From NCBI GenBank assembly GCA_944348085.1, contig CALVMU010000002.1, forward strand, positions 4,461-68,460: 64,000 nt of DNA. Reading direction: 5' to 3'. Source of the DNA: an uncultured Clostridia bacterium. GTDB taxonomy: Bacteria > Bacillota > Clostridia > Christensenellales > UBA1242. Below the pieces are notes generated by a model that was not told the origin of the DNA, did no database searches, and was given only the letters and a program-made list of their open reading frames with translations. The position numbers were made by a program, and so were the translations under genes. Every line of letters starts with the position of its first letter. Position 1 is the first letter of the stretch. Shown in pieces: positions 7,518 through 16,460 of this stretch.

Positions 7518-7562
7518 TTGGTAAGGCTGAGGTCATGGGTTCGAGTCCCATCATAAGCTCCA
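7518..7562 (+). other. 3' half of a tRNA-Thr(GGU)-like gene (anticodon loop to CCA) with no 5' half; att-type duplication
   Basis: The sequence TTGGTAA-GGCTG-AGGTC-ATGGG-TTCGAGT-CCCAT-CATAAGC-T-CCA parses as anticodon loop (U33, GGT, A37), 3' anticodon stem, 5-nt variable loop, T arm, 3' acceptor strand, discriminator and CCA. Neither the required 5' acceptor strand GCTTATG nor the 5' anticodon-stem strand CAGCC is present upstream. Confidence 0.7.
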
Positions 7563-7565
7563 TAA

Positions 7566-7595
7566 AAAAAGCACAAAAAGTTGTGCTTTTTTTTA
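7566..7595 (+). terminator. Rho-independent terminator immediately after the tRNA fragment
   Basis: AAAGCACAA-AAAG-TTGTGCTTT followed by a T-run. Confidence 0.7.
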
Positions 7596-7662
7596 ATTCT
7601 TATTTTTTGGATGGTGAAAATGCCTAGAAACCTTTTGCGTCTTTTAATTTTTATGATTAAAA

Positions 7663-8277
7663 TTATAACATTCTAGAATCATATTTTTTCATATCTTCAA
7701 TAGAGCAATATCCAATAAAACCAAATGTGCCTTCAAATTTGTCAGGTCTCATTGCATAAATTGTCGCTCTTGAATGTCCTTCAATGATTAAAAATTTTTT
7801 ATTATTGCAGGTAATTAGTATTATTGGAGGAAAAGAAATTGTATCGATTATTTTAGTTCCAGTTATAAAAGGCTCATTTGACACACCAAATATTTCCACT
7901 CCATCAGCGATAGTGCTTGCGGCAATTTTAGGTTTGGAAGTCCCTTTGGATAATTTATTCCAATAATCATAATCAATATAAAAAAGTTTCTCTAAGTCAT
8001 TGCGATTAAATTTGACAAATTCCCATTTATGAATATAAGGAAAATTACCAAATAATTCCTTATTGGGATACCCTCTGTATTCCTTGATAATTTTCTTTCT
8101 TAGATTGTTTTCTTCTTTGGAATCCAAATTACCATTAAAAATTATATTTGTATCTAATTTTAGTTGATACAAAATTTGACGCAATTTTTTATCAAATCTG
8201 ATTGAATTTAATTCGCCTTTCAAAAATGTCAATATCATCTCATCTTCACTTGAATCTCTTAATTTTTCCAAAATCAT
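7663..8277 (-). CDS. Hypothetical protein (204 aa), no recognisable motif
   Basis: Long ORF with coding-like composition. No family was recognised by eye. Confidence 0.5.
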   Translation of the reverse strand: MILEKLRDSSEDEMILTFLKGELNSIRFDKKLRQILYQLKLDTNIIFNGNLDSKEENNLRKKIIKEYRGYPNKELFGNFPYIHKWEFVKFNRNDLEKLFYIDYDYWNKLSKGTSKPKIAASTIADGVEIFGVSNEPFITGTKIIDTISFPPIILITCNNKKFLIIEGHSRATIYAMRPDKFEGTFGFIGYCSIEDMKKYDSRML

Positions 8278-8307
8278 CCCCCTTGACTGCTGTGATATAA
8301 CTTTTTT

Positions 8308-9495
8308 TCAACAAAGCAGCCATTTTGCTTCATTTTTACGCATTTTGATAAGATAAAGTGCCATCGCTATTTGCAAAGCTACAAATATCAGGCAAATGCC
8401 AAAAATGTATCTTAGTCCAAGTTCAAAAGTAAAACCGATTATAAGAGTTCCAAGTGCTTTCCCCATATAGCCAAAGATATAGCGCAAATTGCTGAAAGCA
8501 AACATATCAGCTTTATCACACCTATTGACATAAATGCCGTCCGTTTTGTTTTCGTAAGCCCGCGATATAAAAAGCGAGAAAAATACTCCAGCAAATAAAA
8601 CTTCTTTTATTGGGAAAATGACTATGGCAAGATAGAACAAAAACCTTAATGCAAACTTGGTTAAGATTGTCACATAATCATTTTTTGGAGTCAATTTTTT
8701 CAGAGCCAGCATTCCAAATATATCACCACAAATACATCCCACCACGATAAAGAGCGCCGCTGTGGAGGAAGTAAACTGACCATATCTGACAAGCATCAAA
8801 AGTTGCATGCCAAGTGCTGTGAAATAAGCAACTTGACCAATAAAGAAATAAACCAGGTAAAAACAAAGAATTTTGTCTTTGAATATTTTCTTTATGTTGT
8901 TCTTGCGCACAGCGAAGAAAACCTTTTCGTTTTTTATAAACATAACAGAAATGGTGGAACAAAGCGTGAAAAGCAATGCAAGCATTATCATAGTATTATA
9001 ATCTATAAGCCACGAACCAATCTGTCTTCCAATTAAAAAACTGGCAATTAAAAGCCCCAAGTCTGTTGCTGAATATTCAACAAGTTTGCGTTTGCTATAC
9101 ATTTTATCGCTTTTTAAGATATAAGAAATGATAGGATAAGTTACTGAGGCAACCAAGTTGTCAGTTATTGCATCAAAAATAAAGGTCAAAATGCAGAGCC
9201 ATTTAATAGAAAAATAAGCAGCTAAAATCATTAAGGTTAAAAACACCAGTTTAAGCGGAAAAATTAATTTCAAAATAAAAAGTTCATTGACTTTTTTTAT
9301 ATATTTCGTCAATAAAATAACAATTACGCCAGCCACAAAAGTTGCACATGCAATTATCATTCCTATATTGGAAATGGTTATTCCTTGTTCGTTTAGCCAA
9401 ACTTGTGCAAAATCTGACCATACACCATTTGATAGTCCATAAAAAGCAAGATACAAAAAAATAAGCCGAATATTTTTCTTTTGTCTTTGTCCCAT
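8308..9495 (-). CDS. Major-facilitator-type membrane transporter
   Basis: 395 aa with about 12 hydrophobic spans in a 6+6 arrangement and a basic central loop (AVRKNNIKKIFKDK). Confidence 0.6.
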   Translation of the reverse strand: MGQRQKKNIRLIFLYLAFYGLSNGVWSDFAQVWLNEQGITISNIGMIIACATFVAGVIVILLTKYIKKVNELFILKLIFPLKLVFLTLMILAAYFSIKWLCILTFIFDAITDNLVASVTYPIISYILKSDKMYSKRKLVEYSATDLGLLIASFLIGRQIGSWLIDYNTMIMLALLFTLCSTISVMFIKNEKVFFAVRKNNIKKIFKDKILCFYLVYFFIGQVAYFTALGMQLLMLVRYGQFTSSTAALFIVVGCICGDIFGMLALKKLTPKNDYVTILTKFALRFLFYLAIVIFPIKEVLFAGVFFSLFISRAYENKTDGIYVNRCDKADMFAFSNLRYIFGYMGKALGTLIIGFTFELGLRYIFGICLIFVALQIAMALYLIKMRKNEAKWLLC

Positions 9496-9622
9496 TGTTT
9501 TTATTATAACAAACTTTTTCGCAAAACAAAAACTTTTTTAAACCAAAAAAACGCTATCCTTTTCAAAAAATGCAATAACCTTGTTTGCCACTTTATATTT
9601 TTCCCATCCAAAATGATGCTGT

Positions 9623-11569
9623 TTAAGTCATAATTTCATCATAAGTAAAACCATCTTTGACAAGATAATAGTGCATTCCAAGTTTTTTCGCAGAACGAAG
9701 ATCGTGCTTGAAATTGTTGCCAACAACCAAGATTTGATTGGCTTTTAAATTGTTATCTTTCATGATTTTTTTGTATATTTTATACTTATCAAGATTTTCT
9801 TTTTTAGAAATATTGTTGCTGATAATGCCAGCAAACAAGTTGCGATCAAACTCGTTGTAATCTACCGCCCTTTGCAAGTCTTTTTCTTTCCAATTTGAAA
9901 CTATATAGATCTTGCCCAGTTTTTTGAATTTTTCAAGTTCTTTGTTGCTGATGTGTTTTCCGCGAATATAATTTTCGTTTGTTTCAGTAAATTCTCTAAA
10001 AATCAAATAAGAATTATTGTTCCCTTCTATATCAAAAAGAATTTCATTTATCTGACTAGACAATCCTTCTCCATTCGGTCCGCAACCATATTTTTTGAGC
10101 AATTTAGCTCTTTCTCTTTCTGACATATACGAAAAATGTTCATTAAACCATTGCAAATTCATCTCTCTATGGTTGTCTTTTTTCATATCCCAAACAAGCG
10201 TATCTCTAAAGTCAAAAATTGTCACTTTTACCTGATTTGAGATGAGGTTTGGATCTTCATTGATATTGCATAGCCACTTTTTTCTTTTAAAAATGATAAA
10301 ATATACAGGCAAGAACAGAAGCGTTGGTATTAAAATGATCAAATAAGCCAAAGGAACGCTGACTGGAAGAAATTGAACAATAAAGCACATAGATACAAGA
10401 ATTACGCTACAGAAAAATTCAATAATAACAAAAATGGTATTTTTGCCACCTAATCTGAGCATATAACTGCCCATATTCCATGCAATAAACCTGAAGAAAT
10501 GTATCGCTACATAACAAGGCATAACCATAAACATTAAACTAAAATATTCTCTGTTTACACCAAGAGCAATTGGATAAATCAAAGCCATGCTTGCTACGAA
10601 ATAGAAACACCAAATCAATATTGAAGCAACAATTGATTGTTTTGCATAAGTATAGGCCTTATCAAATTGATTTCTTCCAAGGCATCGAGTGATTCTGATT
10701 GCACTGACACTTGAAAAGGCAAATAGAAAGCCATTAAAAACATCTAAAACATTTTCAAGATAAGAATATGTGTTGAAAATTCCATCACTAAATCTAATCA
10801 AAATCATGCTTGTCGCATAATATCCAATTTGCCAAATAAATTCGACGGCAAGATTTGAAAGCAAAATCCACCACTGTCTTTTTGTCAAATTTATTGTTTG
10901 AAGTTTGAAAAAATTCACAGAAATTTCTTTGTTTTTCATAAGCAAAATTATTGAAAATGTCATTGAAAAAACCGTTCCCAAAATATACGCAATCGCAATA
11001 TAATTAAGATAATAAATTCCACAAAAATAAAGAATAAGAAACCCTAAAATCGTGATTATAAGTGGCGTTATTTCACAAACAAATTGTTGTTTGAAAAATT
11101 TTAAACACTTCATTGTTTCAACAAGATAAGAACTTGTGCAAGACAAAAAGAAATAGCCACACATGATGTAGTAAAAGGTATAGCTCTCAGGATTGTAGCC
11201 CATCAAAGTTTCCATAAAAAATCTAGGGAAAAGGACAAGCAGTGCTGTTACAATAAAACTAAAAATAATATTTATCTCGAAACCTATTTTAGCATATTTT
11301 CTTACTTTAAATTTTGAGGATATATTTTGATTCATAAAAACAGAAATTGCATTTCCAATACCAAAGGCAATAATGCTAGCAAAAGCATAAAGCGAAAGAA
11401 ATGCATTAAGATAGGTCAGCTCTTTAACATTCAAAAGATTTGCCAAAATCGATATAATGCTATATAAAAAAGCAACGGCAACATATTTTAAAAGTAAAAA
11501 TTTGCTTTCTTTAAAAGTTGACCAAAAATATTTGAAAAAGATTTTAGTTTTTGATTGTGTTTTGTTCAT
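9623..11569 (-). CDS. Fusion protein: polytopic MATE/MOP-flippase-like membrane domain + C-terminal HAD-like hydrolase domain
   Basis: About 430 aa with more than 12 TM spans are followed by a soluble ~210 aa domain. That domain has HAD-like motifs: TIFDFRDTLV (motif I-like), IYIVSN (II) and VVGNNFKHDL (IV-like). Motifs I and IV deviate from DxDxT and GDxxxD. Confidence 0.45.
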   Translation of the reverse strand: MNKTQSKTKIFFKYFWSTFKESKFLLLKYVAVAFLYSIISILANLLNVKELTYLNAFLSLYAFASIIAFGIGNAISVFMNQNISSKFKVRKYAKIGFEINIIFSFIVTALLVLFPRFFMETLMGYNPESYTFYYIMCGYFFLSCTSSYLVETMKCLKFFKQQFVCEITPLIITILGFLILYFCGIYYLNYIAIAYILGTVFSMTFSIILLMKNKEISVNFFKLQTINLTKRQWWILLSNLAVEFIWQIGYYATSMILIRFSDGIFNTYSYLENVLDVFNGFLFAFSSVSAIRITRCLGRNQFDKAYTYAKQSIVASILIWCFYFVASMALIYPIALGVNREYFSLMFMVMPCYVAIHFFRFIAWNMGSYMLRLGGKNTIFVIIEFFCSVILVSMCFIVQFLPVSVPLAYLIILIPTLLFLPVYFIIFKRKKWLCNINEDPNLISNQVKVTIFDFRDTLVWDMKKDNHREMNLQWFNEHFSYMSERERAKLLKKYGCGPNGEGLSSQINEILFDIEGNNNSYLIFREFTETNENYIRGKHISNKELEKFKKLGKIYIVSNWKEKDLQRAVDYNEFDRNLFAGIISNNISKKENLDKYKIYKKIMKDNNLKANQILVVGNNFKHDLRSAKKLGMHYYLVKDGFTYDEIMT

Positions 11570-11685
11570 TTTATTTATTATACAAAAAAAATCTTAAAAA
11601 TCAAATTGATTTATGAATAATAATGTTTTTTTATTATTGCGCATCAAGTTTTAATAACTTGTGGCAATTTTTTGTCTTTAAAATT

Positions 11686-12144
11686 TTATAACTCGCCCAA
11701 ATAATTAAATGCACATATGCAAATTGTAGCCATTGTTTTTGAAGTTATGTTTTTGTCGCTATAACACTCCTTTGCGCTCAGCCATTTATATTTGTCGTGT
11801 TCAGACAGCTTGATGTTATTGTTTGATTTGGTTTTAACCCAAAAATTGAATTGTCTAGATTTTTTACCGCTTCCAGAAATATAATCGAAAAAATCGATAT
11901 AGCCACAAATTTTATCTATGTCTAAATTTGTTTCTTCTTTTACCTCTCGAGCCAAGCCCTCAAAGATGCTTTCTCCAGCTTCCAATTTTCCACTAGGAAG
12001 CTCGTCAATTCCTCCTAAAAAATCATCGCTTTTTCGTCTAAGAATCAAAACCTTGTTGTTTTCGTCCGTTATAACTCCCCCGACCACGATCTTTTCAATT
12101 CCATCTTCCTTTGCTTTTGCTTCTAACAAATTTTCTATATTCAT
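11686..12144 (-). CDS. NUDIX hydrolase
   Basis: Nudix box GKLEAGESIFEGLAREVKEETNL (Gx5Ex7REUxEExGU). Confidence 0.9.
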   Translation of the reverse strand: MNIENLLEAKAKEDGIEKIVVGGVITDENNKVLILRRKSDDFLGGIDELPSGKLEAGESIFEGLAREVKEETNLDIDKICGYIDFFDYISGSGKKSRQFNFWVKTKSNNNIKLSEHDKYKWLSAKECYSDKNITSKTMATICICAFNYLGEL

Positions 12145-12318
12145 AATCCCCTCTTTTTCTCTATTTAACTTAAAATTTATCGAGTTTTCAGCATAAAGTT
12201 TAATTAATTATAACTTTTTACTTATTAAAAGTCAATAAAAAGAAAATGTTGTTCTTTTTGCAATAAAAAGTCATGAAAAGATTTTGGTTTATGATTTTTA
12301 TTTATTATAATATACCAT

Positions 12319-13992
12319 ATGGATAATAAAACACAACAAAGTAAAAGTGGCATTTTTCAGGCATTTAAACTTTTATGGAACTTTATGAATAAAAAAGAAA
12401 GATTCATATTTGTTTCGTTATCTTTTTTATCTATTGTGCCAGCTCTTATTTTAATCTATATCGCAATGATTCCTAGCATACTTATTGCAAAACTTGCTGG
12501 ACAGTCTTTTTTGATCTTTGGGTTTATTGACTTATCTCACCTTAACAACATCATCTTCTTTCTTGTGGCTATTGGTCTGCCTGCAATATTGTGGATCTTT
12601 GGAATGCTGATATACCGAGGAATAGATATGTTCGCTCGCAAATTGATGCGCACTCTCAACAAGCGCGTCGAAGAAATTTTGCTTCTCGAGCGGAAAAATT
12701 TGGACATCAATATGACTATAGGCGAAGCAAACTATATCGCCAAAAATGCTATAGACAATATTTATTATATTATTGAGCCTTTTTGTTGGACTCTTGTTAA
12801 GTCATTGTTTCTTATGATTTTTATATCAATTCAAATATTTTTGCTAAATGTCTATGTTGGCTTTGCTCTTTTTGGTTCTTTATGCATAATTGGTCTGATA
12901 ATATTTTTGCGAATATATTTTCAAAAAAACATTGTAAAAAATATAGAAAAATCAAATGCAAAAATCGGCAATCACTTTCTGATGACCTTGACAAACTTGC
13001 CAATGATAACAATGTTTAAGTCTAAAACAAAAGAGCTCAAAGAACTCGATAAATTGAATAGTAGTTATTTTAAGCACAATGTAAAACGCGACAATATCAG
13101 TTGCTGGTATTGGATTGTGATGCGCATAATCAAATTTATGAGTTTGGCGGGTATGCTATCGTTATATTATTTCGTCGGTTCACAAACAAATTTGGCAACT
13201 GACCTCGTGCTAATTTGCAGTTTGGTTATCGAAATTTATGCCTATATTGAAGATTGGGGTTTTCAAGTGAGTGATTTGCAGTCGGCAAGCATCAAACTAT
13301 GCAATCTAAAACTGCTCTACCCTGAACAACAAAATATTAAAAAACAATTGTCTATAGTCAATGAAAAAATCAAAAATTCAAAAGTCTGGTCTATCAAAGT
13401 GGACAAATATCATGTCCAACTTGGAGATTTTGAAAAAACTTACAACACTTCATTTCAAAGCGGAAAGGTCTATGTGTTAAGTGGACAAAGTGGCATTGGG
13501 AAAACAACTCTTATCAATGCCATCTGTGGCCTGCGCGAAATTGAAAGTGGTCAACTTATCATCAATAGAAAAGAGGTTGTGCCATCGCTATATGAATATC
13601 GAGACAAAATTTGCTATCTCTTTCAAGAGTCTATATTGTTTGACAGATCAATCGAAGACAACCTTGCCTATCCAGACGACCAAATTAATGACAAAGCAAA
13701 ACAACTTATTGATGAGTTTAACATCAAGAAACTGCTTCTTAGAGACAAAACAACAGCCTATTTTGCAAAATCTCTTTCTGGTGGAGAGAAAAAACGCATT
13801 GAACTGATAAGAACACTAAGCAAAGATAAAGATATATACTTTTTTGATGAACCTACAAATGAACTTGACCCAGCCAATGTTGAAAAAGTTTTGAAAGAGA
13901 TAAAACAACTTGCGCATGACAAAAAGATTGTGATTGTCATATCTCACGACAAACGAGTGCTAAACATTGCCGATAAAGTTATAACGCCTTAA
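12319..13992 (+). CDS. ABC exporter, fused permease + ATPase (half-transporter), paralog 1
   Basis: N-terminal 6-TM domain. Walker A GQSGIGKTT, signature LSGGEKKR, Walker B IYFFDEPT, H-loop SHD. Confidence 0.9.
   Translation: MDNKTQQSKSGIFQAFKLLWNFMNKKERFIFVSLSFLSIVPALILIYIAMIPSILIAKLAGQSFLIFGFIDLSHLNNIIFFLVAIGLPAILWIFGMLIYRGIDMFARKLMRTLNKRVEEILLLERKNLDINMTIGEANYIAKNAIDNIYYIIEPFCWTLVKSLFLMIFISIQIFLLNVYVGFALFGSLCIIGLIIFLRIYFQKNIVKNIEKSNAKIGNHFLMTLTNLPMITMFKSKTKELKELDKLNSSYFKHNVKRDNISCWYWIVMRIIKFMSLAGMLSLYYFVGSQTNLATDLVLICSLVIEIYAYIEDWGFQVSDLQSASIKLCNLKLLYPEQQNIKKQLSIVNEKIKNSKVWSIKVDKYHVQLGDFEKTYNTSFQSGKVYVLSGQSGIGKTTLINAICGLREIESGQLIINRKEVVPSLYEYRDKICYLFQESILFDRSIEDNLAYPDDQINDKAKQLIDEFNIKKLLLRDKTTAYFAKSLSGGEKKRIELIRTLSKDKDIYFFDEPTNELDPANVEKVLKEIKQLAHDKKIVIVISHDKRVLNIADKVITP
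13244..13990 (+). repeat. Near-identical ~750-bp direct repeat, copy 1 (3' part of ABC paralog 1)
   Basis: Aligns base for base with 14924-15670. Reading both copies, I saw only a handful of substitutions. Confidence 0.9.
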
Positions 13993-14001
13993 AAGGAAAA
14001 T

Positions 14002-15672
14002 ATGAAAACAAAGAAAGAGAAAAAAGCCGGTCTTTTCAGCGCGATAAAAATGCTATGGCAATTTATGACAACAAAAGAAAAAGTTGAATTTGTTGTTTTG
14101 ATTTTGTTGTCTTGTTTTCCTGCATTTATAAACATTTACATGTCGATGATCCCTTCTTTGTTGATCGCCAAATTTGCAAATCAAGAATTTTTGATTTTTG
14201 GATTTATTGATTTTTTAGGCTTAGGCTATGTTGAATTTTTCTTTACTATTTTTGGTGTGTTAATTGTTATGTATACAATCAGCATGATTGTTTTGCGCGC
14301 TGTTGATATTTTTACACATAGATTGATGTATAACACCAACAAGCGCATCGAAGAAATTTTGCTTCTCGAGCGGAAAAATTTGGACATTAATATGACTATA
14401 GGCGAAGCAAACTATATCGCCAAAAATGCAGTTGACAATATATATAATATCATTAAGCCTTTATGTTGGACATTTCTGCGTTCGTTTTATTTTTTAATTT
14501 TTGGTTTGATTCAAATATTTTTGTTAAATGTTTATATTGGACTTGTTGTAATTTTCGTGCTCTGCGTAATTGCTTCTATGATTTTTGTGCGAACAAAATT
14601 TCAAAAGATTGTGATCAAAGATATAGAAAAATCAAATGCAAAAATCGGTAACCATTTTCTGATGACCTTGACAAACTTGCCAATGATAACAATGTTTAAG
14701 TCTAAATCAAAAGAAATGGAAGAACTTGGCAAACTAAATAAAACTTTTTTTAAACACAACAAAAAACTTGTCAATATAACCTACTGGTATTGGATTTTGC
14801 TATGCGCAGTTGAATATTTGAGTATTGCTGGAATTATTGTGCTTTTCTATTTTATTGGCTCACAAGCAAATTTGGCTACAAATATTGTGCTTTTATTCAA
14901 CCTGATTTTAAAAGCATACAACAATATTGAAGATTGGGGTTTTCAAGTGAGTGATTTGCAGTCGGCAAGCATCAAACTATGCAATCTAAAACTGCTCTAC
15001 CCTGAACAACAAAATATTAAAAAACAATTGTCTATAGTCAATGAAAAAATCAAAAATTCAAAAGTCTGGTCTATCAAAGTGGACAAATATCATGTCCAAC
15101 TTGGAGATTTTGAAAAAACTTACAACACTTCATTTCAAAGCGGAAAGGTCTATGTGTTAAGTGGACAAAGTGGCATTGGGAAAACAACTCTTATCAATGC
15201 CATCTGTGGCCTGCGCGAAATTGAAAGTGGTCAACTTATCATCAATAGAAAAGAGGTTGTGCCATCGCTATATGAATATCGAGACAAAATTTGCTATCTC
15301 TTTCAAGAGTCTATATTGTTTGACAGATCAATCGAAGACAACCTTGCCTATCCAGACGACCAAATTAATGACAAAGCAAAACAGCTTATTGATGAGTTTA
15401 ACATCAAGAAACTGCTTCTTAGAGACAAAACAACCGCCTATTTTGCAAAATCTCTTTCTGGTGGAGAGAAAAAACGCATTGAACTGATAAGAACATTAAG
15501 CAAAGATAAAGATATATACTTTTTTGATGAACCCACAAATGAACTTGACCCAGCCAATGTTGAAAAAGTTTTGAAAGAGATAAAACAACTTGCAGATCAC
15601 AAAAAGATTGTGATTGTCATATCTCATGACAAACGAGTGTTAAACATTGCCGATAAAGTAGTGCGGTTATGA
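14002..15672 (+). CDS. ABC exporter, fused permease + ATPase (half-transporter), paralog 2
   Basis: Same architecture and motifs as paralog 1. It starts 9 nt after paralog 1 ends and is colinear with it at a constant 1680-nt offset. Confidence 0.9.
   Translation: MKTKKEKKAGLFSAIKMLWQFMTTKEKVEFVVLILLSCFPAFINIYMSMIPSLLIAKFANQEFLIFGFIDFLGLGYVEFFFTIFGVLIVMYTISMIVLRAVDIFTHRLMYNTNKRIEEILLLERKNLDINMTIGEANYIAKNAVDNIYNIIKPLCWTFLRSFYFLIFGLIQIFLLNVYIGLVVIFVLCVIASMIFVRTKFQKIVIKDIEKSNAKIGNHFLMTLTNLPMITMFKSKSKEMEELGKLNKTFFKHNKKLVNITYWYWILLCAVEYLSIAGIIVLFYFIGSQANLATNIVLLFNLILKAYNNIEDWGFQVSDLQSASIKLCNLKLLYPEQQNIKKQLSIVNEKIKNSKVWSIKVDKYHVQLGDFEKTYNTSFQSGKVYVLSGQSGIGKTTLINAICGLREIESGQLIINRKEVVPSLYEYRDKICYLFQESILFDRSIEDNLAYPDDQINDKAKQLIDEFNIKKLLLRDKTTAYFAKSLSGGEKKRIELIRTLSKDKDIYFFDEPTNELDPANVEKVLKEIKQLADHKKIVIVISHDKRVLNIADKVVRL
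14924..15670 (+). repeat. Near-identical ~750-bp direct repeat, copy 2 (3' part of ABC paralog 2)
   Basis: See copy 1. Shorter islands of near-identity also occur at 12655-12760 vs 14335-14440 and at 12941-13030 vs 14621-14710. Confidence 0.9.
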
Positions 15673-15789
15673 GACGATTTTTAAATTATAATTTTTAAAC
15701 AAAATGCAAAATTTGCAATCTTTTCAACCAAATAGCATACAAAAAACAAAAAACTCTACGGTTAATGGGAGTTTTTTTGTTTGGCTATG

Positions 15790-15798
15790 TGATATAAT
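15790..15798 (+). promoter_or_regulatory. Extended -10 element (TGATATAAT) upstream of the XRE regulator
   Basis: TGnTATAAT lies 22 nt upstream of the ATG at 15821. AAGGAGG at 15808-15814 serves as the RBS. Confidence 0.4.
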
Positions 15799-15820
15799 GA
15801 AAGTGTCAAAGGAGGCACTT

Positions 15821-16426
15821 ATGGATTTGCAAATTATTGGAAAATTTATCAAAGAGCAAAGAAAGGCAAAAGGTTTAACGCAAGTTCAGCTTGCAGAAAA
15901 GATACATGTAAGCGAAAAAACAATATCAAAATGGGAATGTGGCAATGGCTTTCCTGACACCACCCTGATGTTGCCACTTTGCAATGCGCTTGACATCAAT
16001 GCAAATGAACTTTTGTCTGGCAAAAGACTGACAAATGATGAATACAAAACACAAGCTGAAAGCAACTTGCTTGTTTTGAAGCGCGAGCAAGAACAGAGCA
16101 ATAAATTTTTGCTTATGCTTGAAAATGTGCTCGGATATATGTCTTCCATAACCTTTATCATCTTGATTTTTGTCGCTTCATTTGTAGAAATGCCTACATG
16201 GACGCGCATTCTTTTGATGGTGATCGGTTTTATCCATATCGTTATTGGCATTCATTTTTGTTTGGCAATTGAAAAAGATGCTGGATTTTATGAATGTCAA
16301 CACTGCCATCACAAATATGTTCCAACCTACAAGCAAGTGCTCTTTTCAATGCATTATGGCAGAACGCGATATATGAAATGCCCAAAATGCAACAAAAAAT
16401 CATGGCAAAAAAAGACGACAAAGTAA
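15821..16426 (+). CDS. XRE-family HTH regulator with two TM helices and a C-terminal zinc-ribbon
   Basis: Start trimmed to MDLQIIGKFIKEQRKAKGLTQVQLAEKIHVSEKTISKWECG (Cro/C1 HTH) with a strong RBS. Then two hydrophobic helices, then CQHC...(22 aa)...CPKC. Confidence 0.8.
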   Translation: MDLQIIGKFIKEQRKAKGLTQVQLAEKIHVSEKTISKWECGNGFPDTTLMLPLCNALDINANELLSGKRLTNDEYKTQAESNLLVLKREQEQSNKFLLMLENVLGYMSSITFIILIFVASFVEMPTWTRILLMVIGFIHIVIGIHFCLAIEKDAGFYECQHCHHKYVPTYKQVLFSMHYGRTRYMKCPKCNKKSWQKKTTK

Positions 16427-16460
16427 ATTGCCGCCTTTTTTATACAACTTTGACTATCAA

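Larger units (their letters stand above)
1..7562. mobile_element. Distal part of a tRNA-targeted genomic island (left boundary outside the window)
   Basis: The region ends at the duplicated tRNA 3' half, which is followed by a native-looking terminator. It is visibly more AT-rich than the downstream DNA. Its cargo is typical of islands (MTase, Fic, GIY-YIG, decayed PIN and SLOG genes). The integrase and the intact tRNA would be expected beyond the left edge. Confidence 0.5.

Noticed and set aside
7475-7562. A complete tRNA (class II Leu/Ser-like) or a tmRNA 3' end ending at 7562
   Set aside because: The T arm, 3' acceptor strand and CCA are perfect. However, the complementary 5' acceptor strand (GCTTATG) and the 5' anticodon-stem strand (CAGCC) are not present in the preceding ~100 nt. 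The acceptor also lacks the G3:U70 alanine identity expected for tmRNA. I interpret it as a tRNA 3'-half duplication.
12319-16426. Bacteriocin or lantibiotic export/immunity locus (two ABC exporters plus an XRE regulator)
   Set aside because: There is no C39 peptidase domain, no precursor-peptide-like small ORF, and no modification enzymes nearby. I report only the gene-conversion pattern.
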